From Candidatus Omnitrophota bacterium (GTDB lineage: Bacteria; Omnitrophota; Gorgyraeia; Zapsychrales; Zapsychraceae), in contig JAJDCB010000028.1 in assembly GCA_029261065.1 (NCBI GenBank), forward strand, positions 447 through 64,446: a stretch of 64,000 nt of DNA, read 5' to 3'. A program made the position numbers and the translations under genes. Shown in pieces: positions 27,738-37,109 of this stretch (positions are counted from its first letter, which is position 1; every line of letters starts with the position of its first letter). The notes beneath the pieces are model-generated. The model saw only the letters and a program-made list of their open reading frames with translations, did not search any database and was not told the DNA's origin.

Positions 27738-29081
27738 ATGCCAACGAATGAATACAATTTTGACGGTCTTATAGGCCCAACGCATAATTTTGCAGGTCTT
27801 GGTGTAGGGAATGTTGCCTCGCAGAGTAATAAACATGCGACATCTAATCCTCGAGAGGCAGCATTGCAAGGCTTAAGAAAGATGCGCCTTCTTTATGATA
27901 TGGGGATTAAACAAGCGATTATCCCGCCGCATGAACGACCCCTTATGGAAGCCCTTTGGGCGCATGATTATAGAGGTAGTGAGAAATCGATATTAGAGAA
28001 AGTCAGTCGTGATAACTATAATTTGTTGTTATCTATCTCAAGCGCCTCAGCCATGTGGAGTGCGAATGCTGCTACCATATCTCCTTCCATGGATTGTCAT
28101 AATCATCGCCTTAACTTTACACCTGCCAATCTTTTATCACAGTCTCACCGTGCTATGGAAACCAAACAAACCACCATTTTTTTACAAACAATTTTTTCGG
28201 AATTAGGCTGTTTTACCTTTCATCCAGCCCTTCCGGATGATGGTCGTCTTTTTGATGAAGGCGCTGCTAATCATATGAGGTTGGCTTCCAGTCATGCCGA
28301 TAAGGGGATTGAAATCTTTGTTTATGGACGGTCTATCAAGGAAGAGGCTCCTCAACCTTCTGTGTATCCCGCTCGTCAAAGTTTTGAAGCCAGTGACATT
28401 ATAGCGAAAACACATCTTCTTGATGCTGAGTTAACGATAACCGTTCAACAAAATCCTAAAGCCATTGATAAAGGCGTTTTTCACAATGATGTTATTGCCG
28501 TTAGCAATGAAAATGTTTTGTTTTATCATGAGTTGGCGTTTGTTGATACTAAAGCCTTTATAGAGGAGTTAAAGAAGAAGTATAAGTTGGTGTCTGATCA
28601 GCCGTTACATCTTATCGAAATAAAGAGTTCGGATTTATCGCTTGATGAGGTGGTGGCGTCTTATATTTTTAATAGTCAGATTGTGACTTACGCGAAAGGG
28701 GAAATGGCGATTGTAGCACCCGAACGTTGTCAGGAGAAAAAGATCAAAAATATATTACATGACATTTTGCAAGCTGATAATCCAATTAAAAAAATATATT
28801 ATGTGCCCTTGAATGAAAGTATGCGCAACGGAGGGGGACCTGCGTGTTTGCGTTTGCGTGCCGTTTTAACAGAGAATGAATCCGGTTTTTTGCATAAAGG
28901 TTTTCTATTAGATAAGAAAAAGTTCGGTCTTATTGAAAGCTGGATTAATAAACGTTACCGAGATCATCTGCATGTGGATGATTTAAAAGATTATGAGCTT
29001 TTTAAAGAATCTCGACAAGCCTTAGATGAATTAACACAGATTTTAAACATAGGGAGTGTGTATGCGTTTCAGAAAACTTAG
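27738..29081 (+). CDS. astB: N-succinylarginine dihydrolase (AstB family)
   Basis: N-terminus [28 protein letters not shown].., ..IIPPHERP.., ..[22 protein letters not shown].., ..[16 protein letters not shown].., ..[10 protein letters not shown]. Collinear with E. coli AstB along its whole length. Confidence 0.85.
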   Translation: [447 protein letters not shown]

Positions 29082-29604
29082 AAGATGTTTTTTCTGTGTG
29101 ATTTTGAGTGTTTTGATTATCAATATTTCAATGGTTCAAGCCAATGAAGAAAAAGCCCAGGGATTGGTTGAGGAGAATACGTTTGTTCCCTGTCAGGTTA
29201 AGAAATTTGGTATGAAGTTCTCTTGCAATCCATATTGGCCTATGCAGGAGCAACAAGGTGGTGTTGCCTTTGTGATGGATATTGATCCATATGCCGTGTT
29301 AACATTCTCACGCATAAGATCGGATCTTCGTTTTGTTAGTCAGATCACAAAAGAATATTTAGCTAAACAAAATCTCTACAAAGATGGTTTCCGCATGCGT
29401 CATACCACTTTTGCCGGCATAAAAGCCATTGAAGTCAAAGGCTTCTCCAAAGTCGATAAGGGCGCCCAAATGCTTGATTATTACATCATAAAAAACAACC
29501 AGCTTATCGGTGTTTTTTTCTCTGTCGCTGATCAAACAAAATGGGGGGATTACCGGTTTTTGTTTAAGAAGGTGGGGGAGAGTTTTGAGTTGATCGAAAT
29601 TTAA
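29062..29604 (+). CDS. Secreted hypothetical protein
   Basis: ATG at 29062 after the RBS AGGGAG (the ORF track starts at an upstream GTG). Signal peptide MRFRKLRRCFFCVILSVLIINISMVQA. Overlaps the astB end by 20 nt. Confidence 0.5.
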   Translation: MRFRKLRRCFFCVILSVLIINISMVQANEEKAQGLVEENTFVPCQVKKFGMKFSCNPYWPMQEQQGGVAFVMDIDPYAVLTFSRIRSDLRFVSQITKEYLAKQNLYKDGFRMRHTTFAGIKAIEVKGFSKVDKGAQMLDYYIIKNNQLIGVFFSVADQTKWGDYRFLFKKVGESFELIEI

Positions 29605-29612
29605 CACTATTT

Positions 29613-29637
29613 TGGTAAGTTAGTATTTGATGGTATA
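29613..29637 (+). promoter_or_regulatory. Candidate extended -10 promoter (TTGGTA ... TGgTATAAT) upstream of the nucleotidyltransferase-fold gene
   Basis: tTTGGTAagttagtatttgaTGGTATAATtg, ~40 nt upstream of the RBS/ATG at 29678. Confidence 0.3.
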
Positions 29638-29677
29638 ATTGATTTAATTTAGTAGAGGTCTTTAGGAGTATGAGATT

Positions 29678-30217
29678 ATGAATAAACAATCTGTTTTTCA
29701 TTTGATATCAGATATAACAAAAAAAGAAGGCGTTTCTTGTGTCCTCATTGGTGGTTTTGCTGTTAATTATCATAAAGTGACAAGACAAACGGCAGATGTA
29801 GATTTTTTAATGACGAAGGGTGATTTTGATAAAGTTTTTGAGTCTTTAAAAGAGGCTGGGTATAAAAACATCTCTAATCAGGAAAATTTTGAACAACTTG
29901 AAAGTTCTCAAATTTCATTGATGAATGTGGATTTTGTTCTTGTTGAAGATGAAACTTTAAGAGAAATTCTTGAAAGCAGTCATAAAATGAAGATTGTGAA
30001 ACAGGAATTTTTTGTTCCGTGCTTAGAACATTTAATCGCGTTAAAGTTACATGCTATTAAGTCGAATCCGAAGGTTCGATTAACGAGAGACTTGCCAGAC
30101 ATCATTAATTTGGTCAAAATAAACAAAGTTGCCTTTAAAGATAATGAATTTAAAGCATTATGTTTAAAATATTCAAGCAAAGAAATTTACGACAAAATAT
30201 TGGAGGCGTTGGTATGA
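29678..30217 (+). CDS. Minimal nucleotidyltransferase-fold protein (AbiEii/MNT-like)
   Basis: ..CVLIGGFAVNYHKVTRQTADVDFLM.. matches the hG[GS]-x(9-13)-DxD NTase signature. 179 aa. Its stop overlaps the start of a 57-aa ORF (ATGA). Confidence 0.45.
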   Translation: MNKQSVFHLISDITKKEGVSCVLIGGFAVNYHKVTRQTADVDFLMTKGDFDKVFESLKEAGYKNISNQENFEQLESSQISLMNVDFVLVEDETLREILESSHKMKIVKQEFFVPCLEHLIALKLHAIKSNPKVRLTRDLPDIINLVKINKVAFKDNEFKALCLKYSSKEIYDKILEALV

Positions 30218-30387
30218 AAAAACTTAAACTTCCCATTATTAAAGGTGAACCCGCAGCAAAAAAAATCCTCACTATGGATGAATATTTAACCTTCGTTGAA
30301 TTTAATCTCAAACATAATTTTAATAAGAAAGCCTATTTAGAATGGAAGAAGATGTCCATTGTGGATGTGCCGTTTGTGATTAAATGA
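30214..30387 (+). CDS. Small protein (57 aa) translationally coupled to the NTase-fold gene
   Basis: RBS GGAGG 7 nt before the ATG at 30214; MKKLKLPIIKGEPAAKKILTMDEYLTFVEFNLKHNFNKKAYLEWKKMSIVDVPFVIK. Confidence 0.4.
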   Translation: MKKLKLPIIKGEPAAKKILTMDEYLTFVEFNLKHNFNKKAYLEWKKMSIVDVPFVIK

Positions 30388-30414
30388 TAGTTTCTTTAGT
30401 ATTAAGGAGTGAAA

Positions 30415-30993
30415 ATGAGTCAAATATCGCATAAAAAATGGTTTATTAGTTTTTTCTTGTTTGGCAACATATTTTTTATTGCCGTATCTTTCTTTTCACC
30501 GGAAGCTTCAATAATAACAGCTACTAATGCTTTTTATATCTCGATAATAATACTTATTGCTTTAGTAATTATTGCAATTGTAAATAAAGTATTGAAACGT
30601 CAAAATAATAATACTGTTTTAATTCGATATTCCCTTATGTTGATACTTTGTGTAACATTTCTTTTTACATCATTTTTTATTAGTCCATACACGAAATCTA
30701 TGGATATTAGGAAAAAGAAGAATCAGTTGCCGCAGCTTATAGAAAATTTAAACCATGAAAATGTTAGAGTGCGTTGGAAAGCGGCTTTTAATTTAGAAAA
30801 GCTTGGTCCTGAGGCGAAAGATGCTGTGCCCGCTCTTATCAATGCCTTAAGAGATAAAGAATTAACGGTTCGTAGTCGAGCTGAAAAAGCTCTTATTAGA
30901 GTAGGAGAGAGTGCTAGGCCTGAACTAATGAAGGTTCTCAAAAGTCAAGATGACTCTATTAAGCACGAAGTGAATTATGTGCTAAAAAATTGA
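30415..30993 (+). CDS. Membrane-anchored HEAT-repeat (PBS lyase HEAT-like) protein
   Basis: RBS AAGGAG then ATG. Two TM helices, then ..NVRVRWKAAFNLEKLGPEAKDAVPALINALRDKELTVRSRAEKALIRVGESA.. HEAT-like repeats. Confidence 0.55.
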   Translation: MSQISHKKWFISFFLFGNIFFIAVSFFSPEASIITATNAFYISIIILIALVIIAIVNKVLKRQNNNTVLIRYSLMLILCVTFLFTSFFISPYTKSMDIRKKKNQLPQLIENLNHENVRVRWKAAFNLEKLGPEAKDAVPALINALRDKELTVRSRAEKALIRVGESARPELMKVLKSQDDSIKHEVNYVLKN

Positions 30994-31009
30994 AGAAAAG
31001 TTAGAATGA

Positions 31010-33175
31010 TTAAAATTTTGCTAGTTGTTGAACGATATCTTTAGCTAATGCACTGCCAATTTGCTTGATTTGAGAGATTTGTTCGGCGGGAACGCCTTTA
31101 AGGTCTTTAAATTTGGTGAAGTTGCTGGCAAACAAGACACGCGCACGAACACGTCCAACACCTTTAAGTTGTGTTAATTCGAGAAGCTCTTCTTTGATAC
31201 CATAACGCACGCGATTACGCAGGCGTTCAAGCTCGAAGGTGAGTTTCTTTTTTTGGAGCAGATGGGCGATGCGGCAGGTGGCATGTAGCAACCATTGCGT
31301 GGCCTCCACATGACGGTAAACATCTCCGGGTCCCGTTGAGAATTGATCACAGATTTTATCCTCGCGTTCTTCCTCGATCCAATGCATCAATAACCATGTT
31401 GTTTTAAGGGTTGCTAAATACGCATAAAGATCTTCGATGGCATGGCAATTTTCAGGTGTTAACAAAAAATCTTCGTTAAAGTGCGAAGCAAACTCTTCTA
31501 AATCCTGCATGTCTTTTTTCCCAATATTCATCCGTGGTCCATCGGGTGTGCAACAAACAAGGTGAAGGATTCCACAAGCGCTAGCTGGTTTATCATTGGG
31601 TAGAAGGTTTAACCCATCTCGAATTGTCATGGTTGTGATGGGATCAAGATACAGTCGACTCGTTAATTGACCGATGGGTGTGGGAAAAAAACGATAACCG
31701 CTTTTTTCGACAAATTTCTCACGATGCAAAAAATCAAAAATGTCTCCTACGACATCCATGAGATTGGCTTCAAGTCTTTGATGGTGGAGAAAGGTGTGGG
31801 ATAAAAATTCGAACATGCTGTTAACATCATGAACGTAGCCCGCCGAGATGGATGAGAGGATGTGAATACGTAATGATGCTTCATTGGCAAGTTTAGACAT
31901 GACAGGCTCAGGCTCGGCATTAATGTATTTATCAAAAAGGGTTGAGCTTTGAGAGTTAGTTTTAGCAACGAGCACAGCCTCACCGTAATCATCATATTGA
32001 GGGCGTCCGGCACGTCCTGCGCATTGTTTGTATTCGCTTGTTGGAATGTAGACTTGGCCGACTCCATTTGCAAAGCGTTTGCAATCACGGATAATAGCTC
32101 GACGGGCAGGAAGATTAACGCCAGCCGCTAATGTGGGTGTGCAGCCTATGACTTTGATCAAATTCTTTTTAAAATTTTCTTCAATCAATTCTCGTTGGGT
32201 TGGTTTTAATCCGGCATGATGAAAGGCGGCGCCTGAAGCTACGACATCGGCGAGTTGTTGACAAATTTTTGTAGAGTTAGCCTCCGTTCCGGCTATTTTT
32301 TTGGCGAGTTTTGTGAGATTAGCTTTTTCTTCTACAGTCAATGTCTGCGCGACACTTTTACTGACTTGACGACTTACTGCCTGCGCCGAACGTCTAGAAT
32401 TGACAAAGATCAAAACTTGTCCCTGACCTTTTAGAGTATCCAGAGATAGTTTGCTGACATCATCTGGAGCATCTTCTCTAATAAGCTTGGTGCCATGCTC
32501 GTTAAAGACAATTTCTTCATTAAAATACACGCCTTCTTTTAAGGGGATAGGACGGAAATCACTTTTAACCAATTCGGCATCAAGCCAGTCCGCCATTTCT
32601 TGAGCGTTACGTATCGTCGCACTAAGAGCCAAAAGTTGCGCATTCGGACTTAATTGCTTAATGCGTGCTGTCAAAATTTCCATGGTGGGCCCGCGCAATT
32701 CATCATTGATAAAATGAATTTCATCCAAGACGACAACGGAGAGTCCATCAATAAGCCATTGTGCTTTGGAACGTAGAAGCGAGTCTACTTTCTCAGCGGT
32801 AGCAATAATAATATCGTAACGATTTAAATTTTTTGAAGGGCTATCCATATCCCCAATCGCTAATCCAACTTTGATACCTAACGCTTCATATTTATCTTTA
32901 AAATCTTTAAATTTTTCACCGGCCAGTGCTTTTAAAGGGGCTATGTAAAGACATCTTCCTTTATTAAAAAGAATAGCGCGCAACATACATAATTCTGCCA
33001 TCAGTGTTTTTCCAGCAGCCGTTGGAACAGACATCAAAACACTGTTGCCTTTAAGTAATCCTTTTTCAATAGCTTCTGCCTGAGGGGGGTAAAGATCTTC
33101 AATTCCAGATGATGTTATAATGTTAATCGCTTGAGGTGGGAAATTATAGTCTTCGAGGGATTTTTTAAGTTTCAT
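31010..33175 (-). CDS. hel308: Hel308/Hjm-type (Ski2-like) SF2 DNA helicase
   Basis: ..LYPPQAEAIEKGLLKGNSVLMSVPTAAGKTLMAE.. (motif I), ..VVLDEIHFINDELRGPTMEIL.. (DEIH box), ..LLALSATIRNAQEMADWLDAELVKSDFRPIPL.. Collinear with archaeal Hel308 including the C-terminal HhH domain ..LKGVGRVRARVLF... 721 aa. Confidence 0.8.
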   Translation of the reverse strand: MKLKKSLEDYNFPPQAINIITSSGIEDLYPPQAEAIEKGLLKGNSVLMSVPTAAGKTLMAELCMLRAILFNKGRCLYIAPLKALAGEKFKDFKDKYEALGIKVGLAIGDMDSPSKNLNRYDIIIATAEKVDSLLRSKAQWLIDGLSVVVLDEIHFINDELRGPTMEILTARIKQLSPNAQLLALSATIRNAQEMADWLDAELVKSDFRPIPLKEGVYFNEEIVFNEHGTKLIREDAPDDVSKLSLDTLKGQGQVLIFVNSRRSAQAVSRQVSKSVAQTLTVEEKANLTKLAKKIAGTEANSTKICQQLADVVASGAAFHHAGLKPTQRELIEENFKKNLIKVIGCTPTLAAGVNLPARRAIIRDCKRFANGVGQVYIPTSEYKQCAGRAGRPQYDDYGEAVLVAKTNSQSSTLFDKYINAEPEPVMSKLANEASLRIHILSSISAGYVHDVNSMFEFLSHTFLHHQRLEANLMDVVGDIFDFLHREKFVEKSGYRFFPTPIGQLTSRLYLDPITTMTIRDGLNLLPNDKPASACGILHLVCCTPDGPRMNIGKKDMQDLEEFASHFNEDFLLTPENCHAIEDLYAYLATLKTTWLLMHWIEEEREDKICDQFSTGPGDVYRHVEATQWLLHATCRIAHLLQKKKLTFELERLRNRVRYGIKEELLELTQLKGVGRVRARVLFASNFTKFKDLKGVPAEQISQIKQIGSALAKDIVQQLAKF

Positions 33176-33342
33176 ATGTGCATTGTTGTATCATATTTAA
33201 ATTGGGGAATCAAGGATGTTAAGCGAGTCTGTAGGACACAATTGTATATAGTTCTTTTAAATTTAAAGCCTTATCTATATAATGCCTTCAAAGATGAATA
33301 AAGAGATAAAGGGTTCTTGTTTTTAAGAACGATTTAGCGGAT

Positions 33343-34314
33343 ATGAACAATTATTTTAAAGATATTATTTTAGACGTCATGAAGGCAAGTGATCTTGTTG
33401 AAATCGATAAGATTCAAGAGTTATGGAGTGGGTATGGTTCGATTTTGCGTTTTGGGCTTAAAGGTTCGGACGTTTCTTCAATTGTGGTTAAGCATGTGTG
33501 TTTGGAAGGTGAAGATTCTCATCCTCGCGGTTGGAATACGGATTTATCTCATCAGAGAAAATTAAAATCATATAGAGTTGAAACAGCTTGGTATCAGCGT
33601 TGGAGTCGTTCTTGTGATGAGGCTTGTCATGTGCCTGAATGTTTTGTTTGTGAATCTAATGATAATGAGATGTTGATTGTTTTGGAGGATTTAGATAGGA
33701 CTGGTTATGAAGATCGAAAGACTTCTGTGTCGATCCATGAAATGAAGGTGTGTTTAAAGTGGTTAGCTTTCTTTCACGCCACATTTATGGGGAAGTCACC
33801 AGATGATTTGTGGGAAGTGGGGACATATTGGCATTTGGATACACGTCCTGATGAGTTTAAGGTTTTAGAGGATAAGGCTTTAAAAGATGCTGCGGGGATT
33901 ATTGATCAAAAGTTAAAAGATTCGCATTTTCAGACTTTTGTCCATGGTGATGCCAAGTTAGCCAACTTTTGTTTTTCTCAGGATGGCAAACGCGTGGCTG
34001 CTGTTGATTTTCAGTATGTGGGCGGTGGTTGTGGAATGAAAGATGTTGCGTATTTTATTGGCAGCTGTTTGCATGAGGTTGATTGTGAAAGGTATGAAGC
34101 GCAGTTATTAGATTATTATTTTCAGATGTTAAAAGAGGCTTTAGAGGCAAAACTAAAAACGATTGATGTTCAAGCGCTCGAGTGTGACTGGCGGTCTTTG
34201 TATGCAGTCGCATGGACAGACTTTCATCGTTTTATGAAAGGTTGGAGTCCGGGCCATTGGAAGATTAACGATTACAGCGAGCGGATGGCTCGCAAAGTAT
34301 TGGAGAATTTATGA
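33343..34314 (+). CDS. Protein-kinase-like fold phosphotransferase (aminoglycoside/choline kinase / DUF1679-like family)
   Basis: ..[41 protein letters not shown].. is the catalytic-loop and DFG-equivalent region of the APH/ChoK fold. Confidence 0.55.
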   Translation: MNNYFKDIILDVMKASDLVEIDKIQELWSGYGSILRFGLKGSDVSSIVVKHVCLEGEDSHPRGWNTDLSHQRKLKSYRVETAWYQRWSRSCDEACHVPECFVCESNDNEMLIVLEDLDRTGYEDRKTSVSIHEMKVCLKWLAFFHATFMGKSPDDLWEVGTYWHLDTRPDEFKVLEDKALKDAAGIIDQKLKDSHFQTFVHGDAKLANFCFSQDGKRVAAVDFQYVGGGCGMKDVAYFIGSCLHEVDCERYEAQLLDYYFQMLKEALEAKLKTIDVQALECDWRSLYAVAWTDFHRFMKGWSPGHWKINDYSERMARKVLENL

Positions 34315-35090
34315 ATTTAAGTTTAGATGATTTAGATGTGCTTGGCAAAGTGGCTATTAAAGCGGCGAAGCAGGCAGGCAGCCTTATTGAAGAGAGGGCG
34401 GGATCTGAAGTTTCTTTTGAGAAAAAAGAGACGGGGGCGAGTTTGGCCTCGCAAGTTGTTACAGAAGTTGATCGCATGAGTCAGGAGATTATTTTGGAGC
34501 ATGTTAAGCCAACATGTCCTAAATATGATCTTGGTTTGTTGGCCGAAGAAAGCGAGGATGATTGTAGTCGTTTTAAAAAAGATTTTTTTTGGAGTATTGA
34601 TCCAGTGGATGGGACGTTGCCATTTATTGAGTCGCGAGAAGGTTATGCGGTGTCGATTGGTTTGGTCTCAAAGGGCGGTGTTCCCTATATCGGTGTCATC
34701 TATGATCCTTTTCATAAGGTGTTGTACCATGCTATAAAAGGGATTGGTGCTTGTCGCAATGAAGAACAATGGCATCCAGATTTAAGCAGCTATGAATCCT
34801 ATCAGGAGCTTGATCGCGGGGGAGCGGTGATGAATGCGTGTTGGGTTTTAGAGAGTGCGCCTTCCTGTTTTTACAAAAATCCGAAATCTCAAAATGGAGG
34901 CGGGTGTGTATGGGATTATGCTGCAAGCGCATGCCTCTTTGAAACTCTTGGTGCGTGGGTCAGCGATATTTATGGTCATCCTCTTGAACTCAATCGTAAA
35001 GAGGCTCCATACATGAATCATAAGGGTGTTTTATTTGCGAGTAATGAAAATGTTGCCAAAAATTTTATGAAGAAAGAGGGAAGGTCATAA
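34311..35090 (+). CDS. Inositol monophosphatase / CysQ-family phosphatase
   Basis: ..[26 protein letters not shown].. matches the IMPase motif WxxDPxDGT. Its start overlaps the upstream stop (ATGA). Confidence 0.7.
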   Translation: MNLSLDDLDVLGKVAIKAAKQAGSLIEERAGSEVSFEKKETGASLASQVVTEVDRMSQEIILEHVKPTCPKYDLGLLAEESEDDCSRFKKDFFWSIDPVDGTLPFIESREGYAVSIGLVSKGGVPYIGVIYDPFHKVLYHAIKGIGACRNEEQWHPDLSSYESYQELDRGGAVMNACWVLESAPSCFYKNPKSQNGGGCVWDYAASACLFETLGAWVSDIYGHPLELNRKEAPYMNHKGVLFASNENVAKNFMKKEGRS

Positions 35091-35242
35091 AAACGCCTCT
35101 AAAATCGCAACCATACGATGAAAGAGGCTAACTGATGGGAAATCAGCTGTTGAAAGTATACGTTACTTTCAGGAGATGTCAATTAAAATAAGACGAGCTG
35201 TTTGTAATCTTATTTTAGCGAAATTTTAAGTTAGGAGTTGAA

Positions 35243-36253
35243 GTGAAGAAGGCCTTTAATAAGGTATTAACATCTACATTGTATTTTTTTGGGATTTCTG
35301 GCTCTGAGAATTATCAGATTCAACAACGAGAGGCTCTTAATCTTGCTATTGATGGTCATTTCAAAAAGGCTAAATCTAGGTTCGTTAAGCTTTTTGAGAT
35401 CAATATTTTTCATGATATGATTGGTGACTGCATCACGGTTATTGATCAAGTTCAAGATAAGAAAATTTCCAAAGAATTGGCGCAGAGATTATTTGAAGGG
35501 TATTTGTTGGGATGTGATAATAATTGGAAGAAGGCCATAGACATTTTTAATGAGGTTATTAAATCTTCGGTTGATATTCAATCAGTCTTTTTGTATTATT
35601 CCAGAGGGTATGCCTTTTATTTAGATCAAAATTATGAGGCGGCGATAGCTGATTTGGGCAAGGTTATTGAGTTAGATGATCGTTACTATCGCGCTTATTC
35701 CATTAGAGGTCATATTTATGCTGAGCAGCAAAGGTTTGATGATGCGATAGCTGATTTTAATCGTATAGAAAAAATTACAGGCGGAACGGCGGATATGTTT
35801 TTATCGCGAGGTTATTGCTATGAGCAGGTGAAGCAGTATCAGCAAGCTGTGAAAGATTACACAGAAATCATTCGGCTTGAACCTGAATCAGAGGTTGGTT
35901 ACAGTTACAGAGGGGCTGTGAATTGTACTATTTTAAAAGAGTATGAAAAGGCTATCAAAGATCTTAATCAAGCTATTGCGATAAAATCTAATTGCAAAGA
36001 TTATACGCTGCGAGCAACAGCACTTTTTAATCTTGAAAAATGGGAAGAGTCGAGTGCTGACTTTGATCAAGTCTTGGATATTTACCCAAATGACGCTTAT
36101 GCCACTTATCATCAAGCCGAAATATATGAGAAGCAAGGAAAGAGCAAAGAGGCCTTGGCGATGTATAAAAGGTGTTTAGCTGCTGATCATGAAGTTAAAG
36201 AGAATGTAATATTTGTAAAAGAGGCTATTAAAAGATTGGAGAGGGTTAATTGA
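35243..36253 (+). CDS. Tetratricopeptide-repeat protein
   Basis: Repeated ..AxxDxxKAIELDxxYxxAYxxRGxxY.. TPR units throughout. GTG start after an AGGAG RBS. Confidence 0.65.
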   Translation: MKKAFNKVLTSTLYFFGISGSENYQIQQREALNLAIDGHFKKAKSRFVKLFEINIFHDMIGDCITVIDQVQDKKISKELAQRLFEGYLLGCDNNWKKAIDIFNEVIKSSVDIQSVFLYYSRGYAFYLDQNYEAAIADLGKVIELDDRYYRAYSIRGHIYAEQQRFDDAIADFNRIEKITGGTADMFLSRGYCYEQVKQYQQAVKDYTEIIRLEPESEVGYSYRGAVNCTILKEYEKAIKDLNQAIAIKSNCKDYTLRATALFNLEKWEESSADFDQVLDIYPNDAYATYHQAEIYEKQGKSKEALAMYKRCLAADHEVKENVIFVKEAIKRLERVN

Positions 36254-36338
36254 GTAAGGTGTTGTTTATTGCGATTGACATCAGAGAAAATTTATTTTAA
36301 TGTTGAGAGGATTTTAATAAACACTGAGAGGTTTTATA

Positions 36339-36776
36339 ATGCGCATAATCATTCAACGAGTTACCCAAGCCAAAGTTGAGGTCGATTCTCAAGTAACAGG
36401 GGTAATTGCTGCGGGGATGTTGGTGTTTTTAGGAGTTGGGCAGGGGGATGATGAGGCTGCTGCTGATACCTTAATTGAAAAAATGGTGTTATTACGTATT
36501 TTTGATGATGATCAAGGTAAAATGAATCTTTCCGCCCTTGATACTAAGGCTGAATTTCTTATTGTTTCTCAATTTACTCTTTACGGCGATTGTTCTAAGG
36601 GTCGTCGTCCTTCCTTTGATAAAGCTGCGGATCCCAAATCTGCGAATCAGCTTTACGAATATTTCATTGAACAACTTAAAAAGAAGGGCTTAAAGGTAGA
36701 AACCGGACGATTTGGTGCTATGATGGACGTGTCGTTGGTTAACGATGGGCCGGTTACGTTTTTTTTAGAGAGTTAA
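36339..36776 (+). CDS. dtd: D-aminoacyl-tRNA deacylase
   Basis: MRIIIQRV..VEVD.., ..SQFTLYGD.., ..NDGPVTF... 145 aa, collinear with Dtd. Confidence 0.9.
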   Translation: MRIIIQRVTQAKVEVDSQVTGVIAAGMLVFLGVGQGDDEAAADTLIEKMVLLRIFDDDQGKMNLSALDTKAEFLIVSQFTLYGDCSKGRRPSFDKAADPKSANQLYEYFIEQLKKKGLKVETGRFGAMMDVSLVNDGPVTFFLES

Positions 36777-36822
36777 ACGCGAAAGGAACGCGAAAAAGTA
36801 CGCGAAAGGATGCGAAAATTGT
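36776..36822 (+). repeat. Tandem 4x (A)CGCGAAAGG-like repeat spanning the dtd stop and the start of the next gene
   Basis: aacgcgaaagg aacgcgaaaaagt acgcgaaagg atgcgaaaatt. The last copy contains the ATG of the 36810 gene. Confidence 0.5.
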
Positions 36823-37109
36823 TATTTAAGTTTATAAGATATTTGATTGCTGGGTTGGTGATTATTTTTACTGTAATTGCAGCATTTTTTTCATATCACC
36901 ATATTTTTTATTTTTTGCCCTCAATGAAAAATAATTGTTTGAGTGAAGACTTTAACCCTGAGTCTTATGGAAGTTCCGCTATGTATTGCGATCCTGTTAC
37001 AGTGGGCTTATCAATAAAATTGATTCTATTTGGGTTGGCGATATTGTGTGCGGTCATTTATTTACTTCTTCGGAAAAAGAAGGTGAAAGTATTTGGTAAG
37101 GAAGTATGA
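36810..37109 (+). CDS. Small membrane protein (hypothetical, 2 TM)
   Basis: ..YLIAGLVIIFTVIAAFF.. and ..LILFGLAILCAVIYLLL... Its stop overlaps the tatD start. Confidence 0.45.
   Translation: MRKLLFKFIRYLIAGLVIIFTVIAAFFSYHHIFYFLPSMKNNCLSEDFNPESYGSSAMYCDPVTVGLSIKLILFGLAILCAVIYLLLRKKKVKVFGKEV

Noticed and set aside
28009-28415. ORFs 28009..28206 (+) and 28203..28415 (-) inside astB, and similar internal ORFs in ppdK (48815..49045; 50522..50791 -), hel308 (31747..32088 -), the 18866 gene and others.
   Set aside because: Alternative-frame or antisense ORFs nested in well-supported conserved genes. No independent support.
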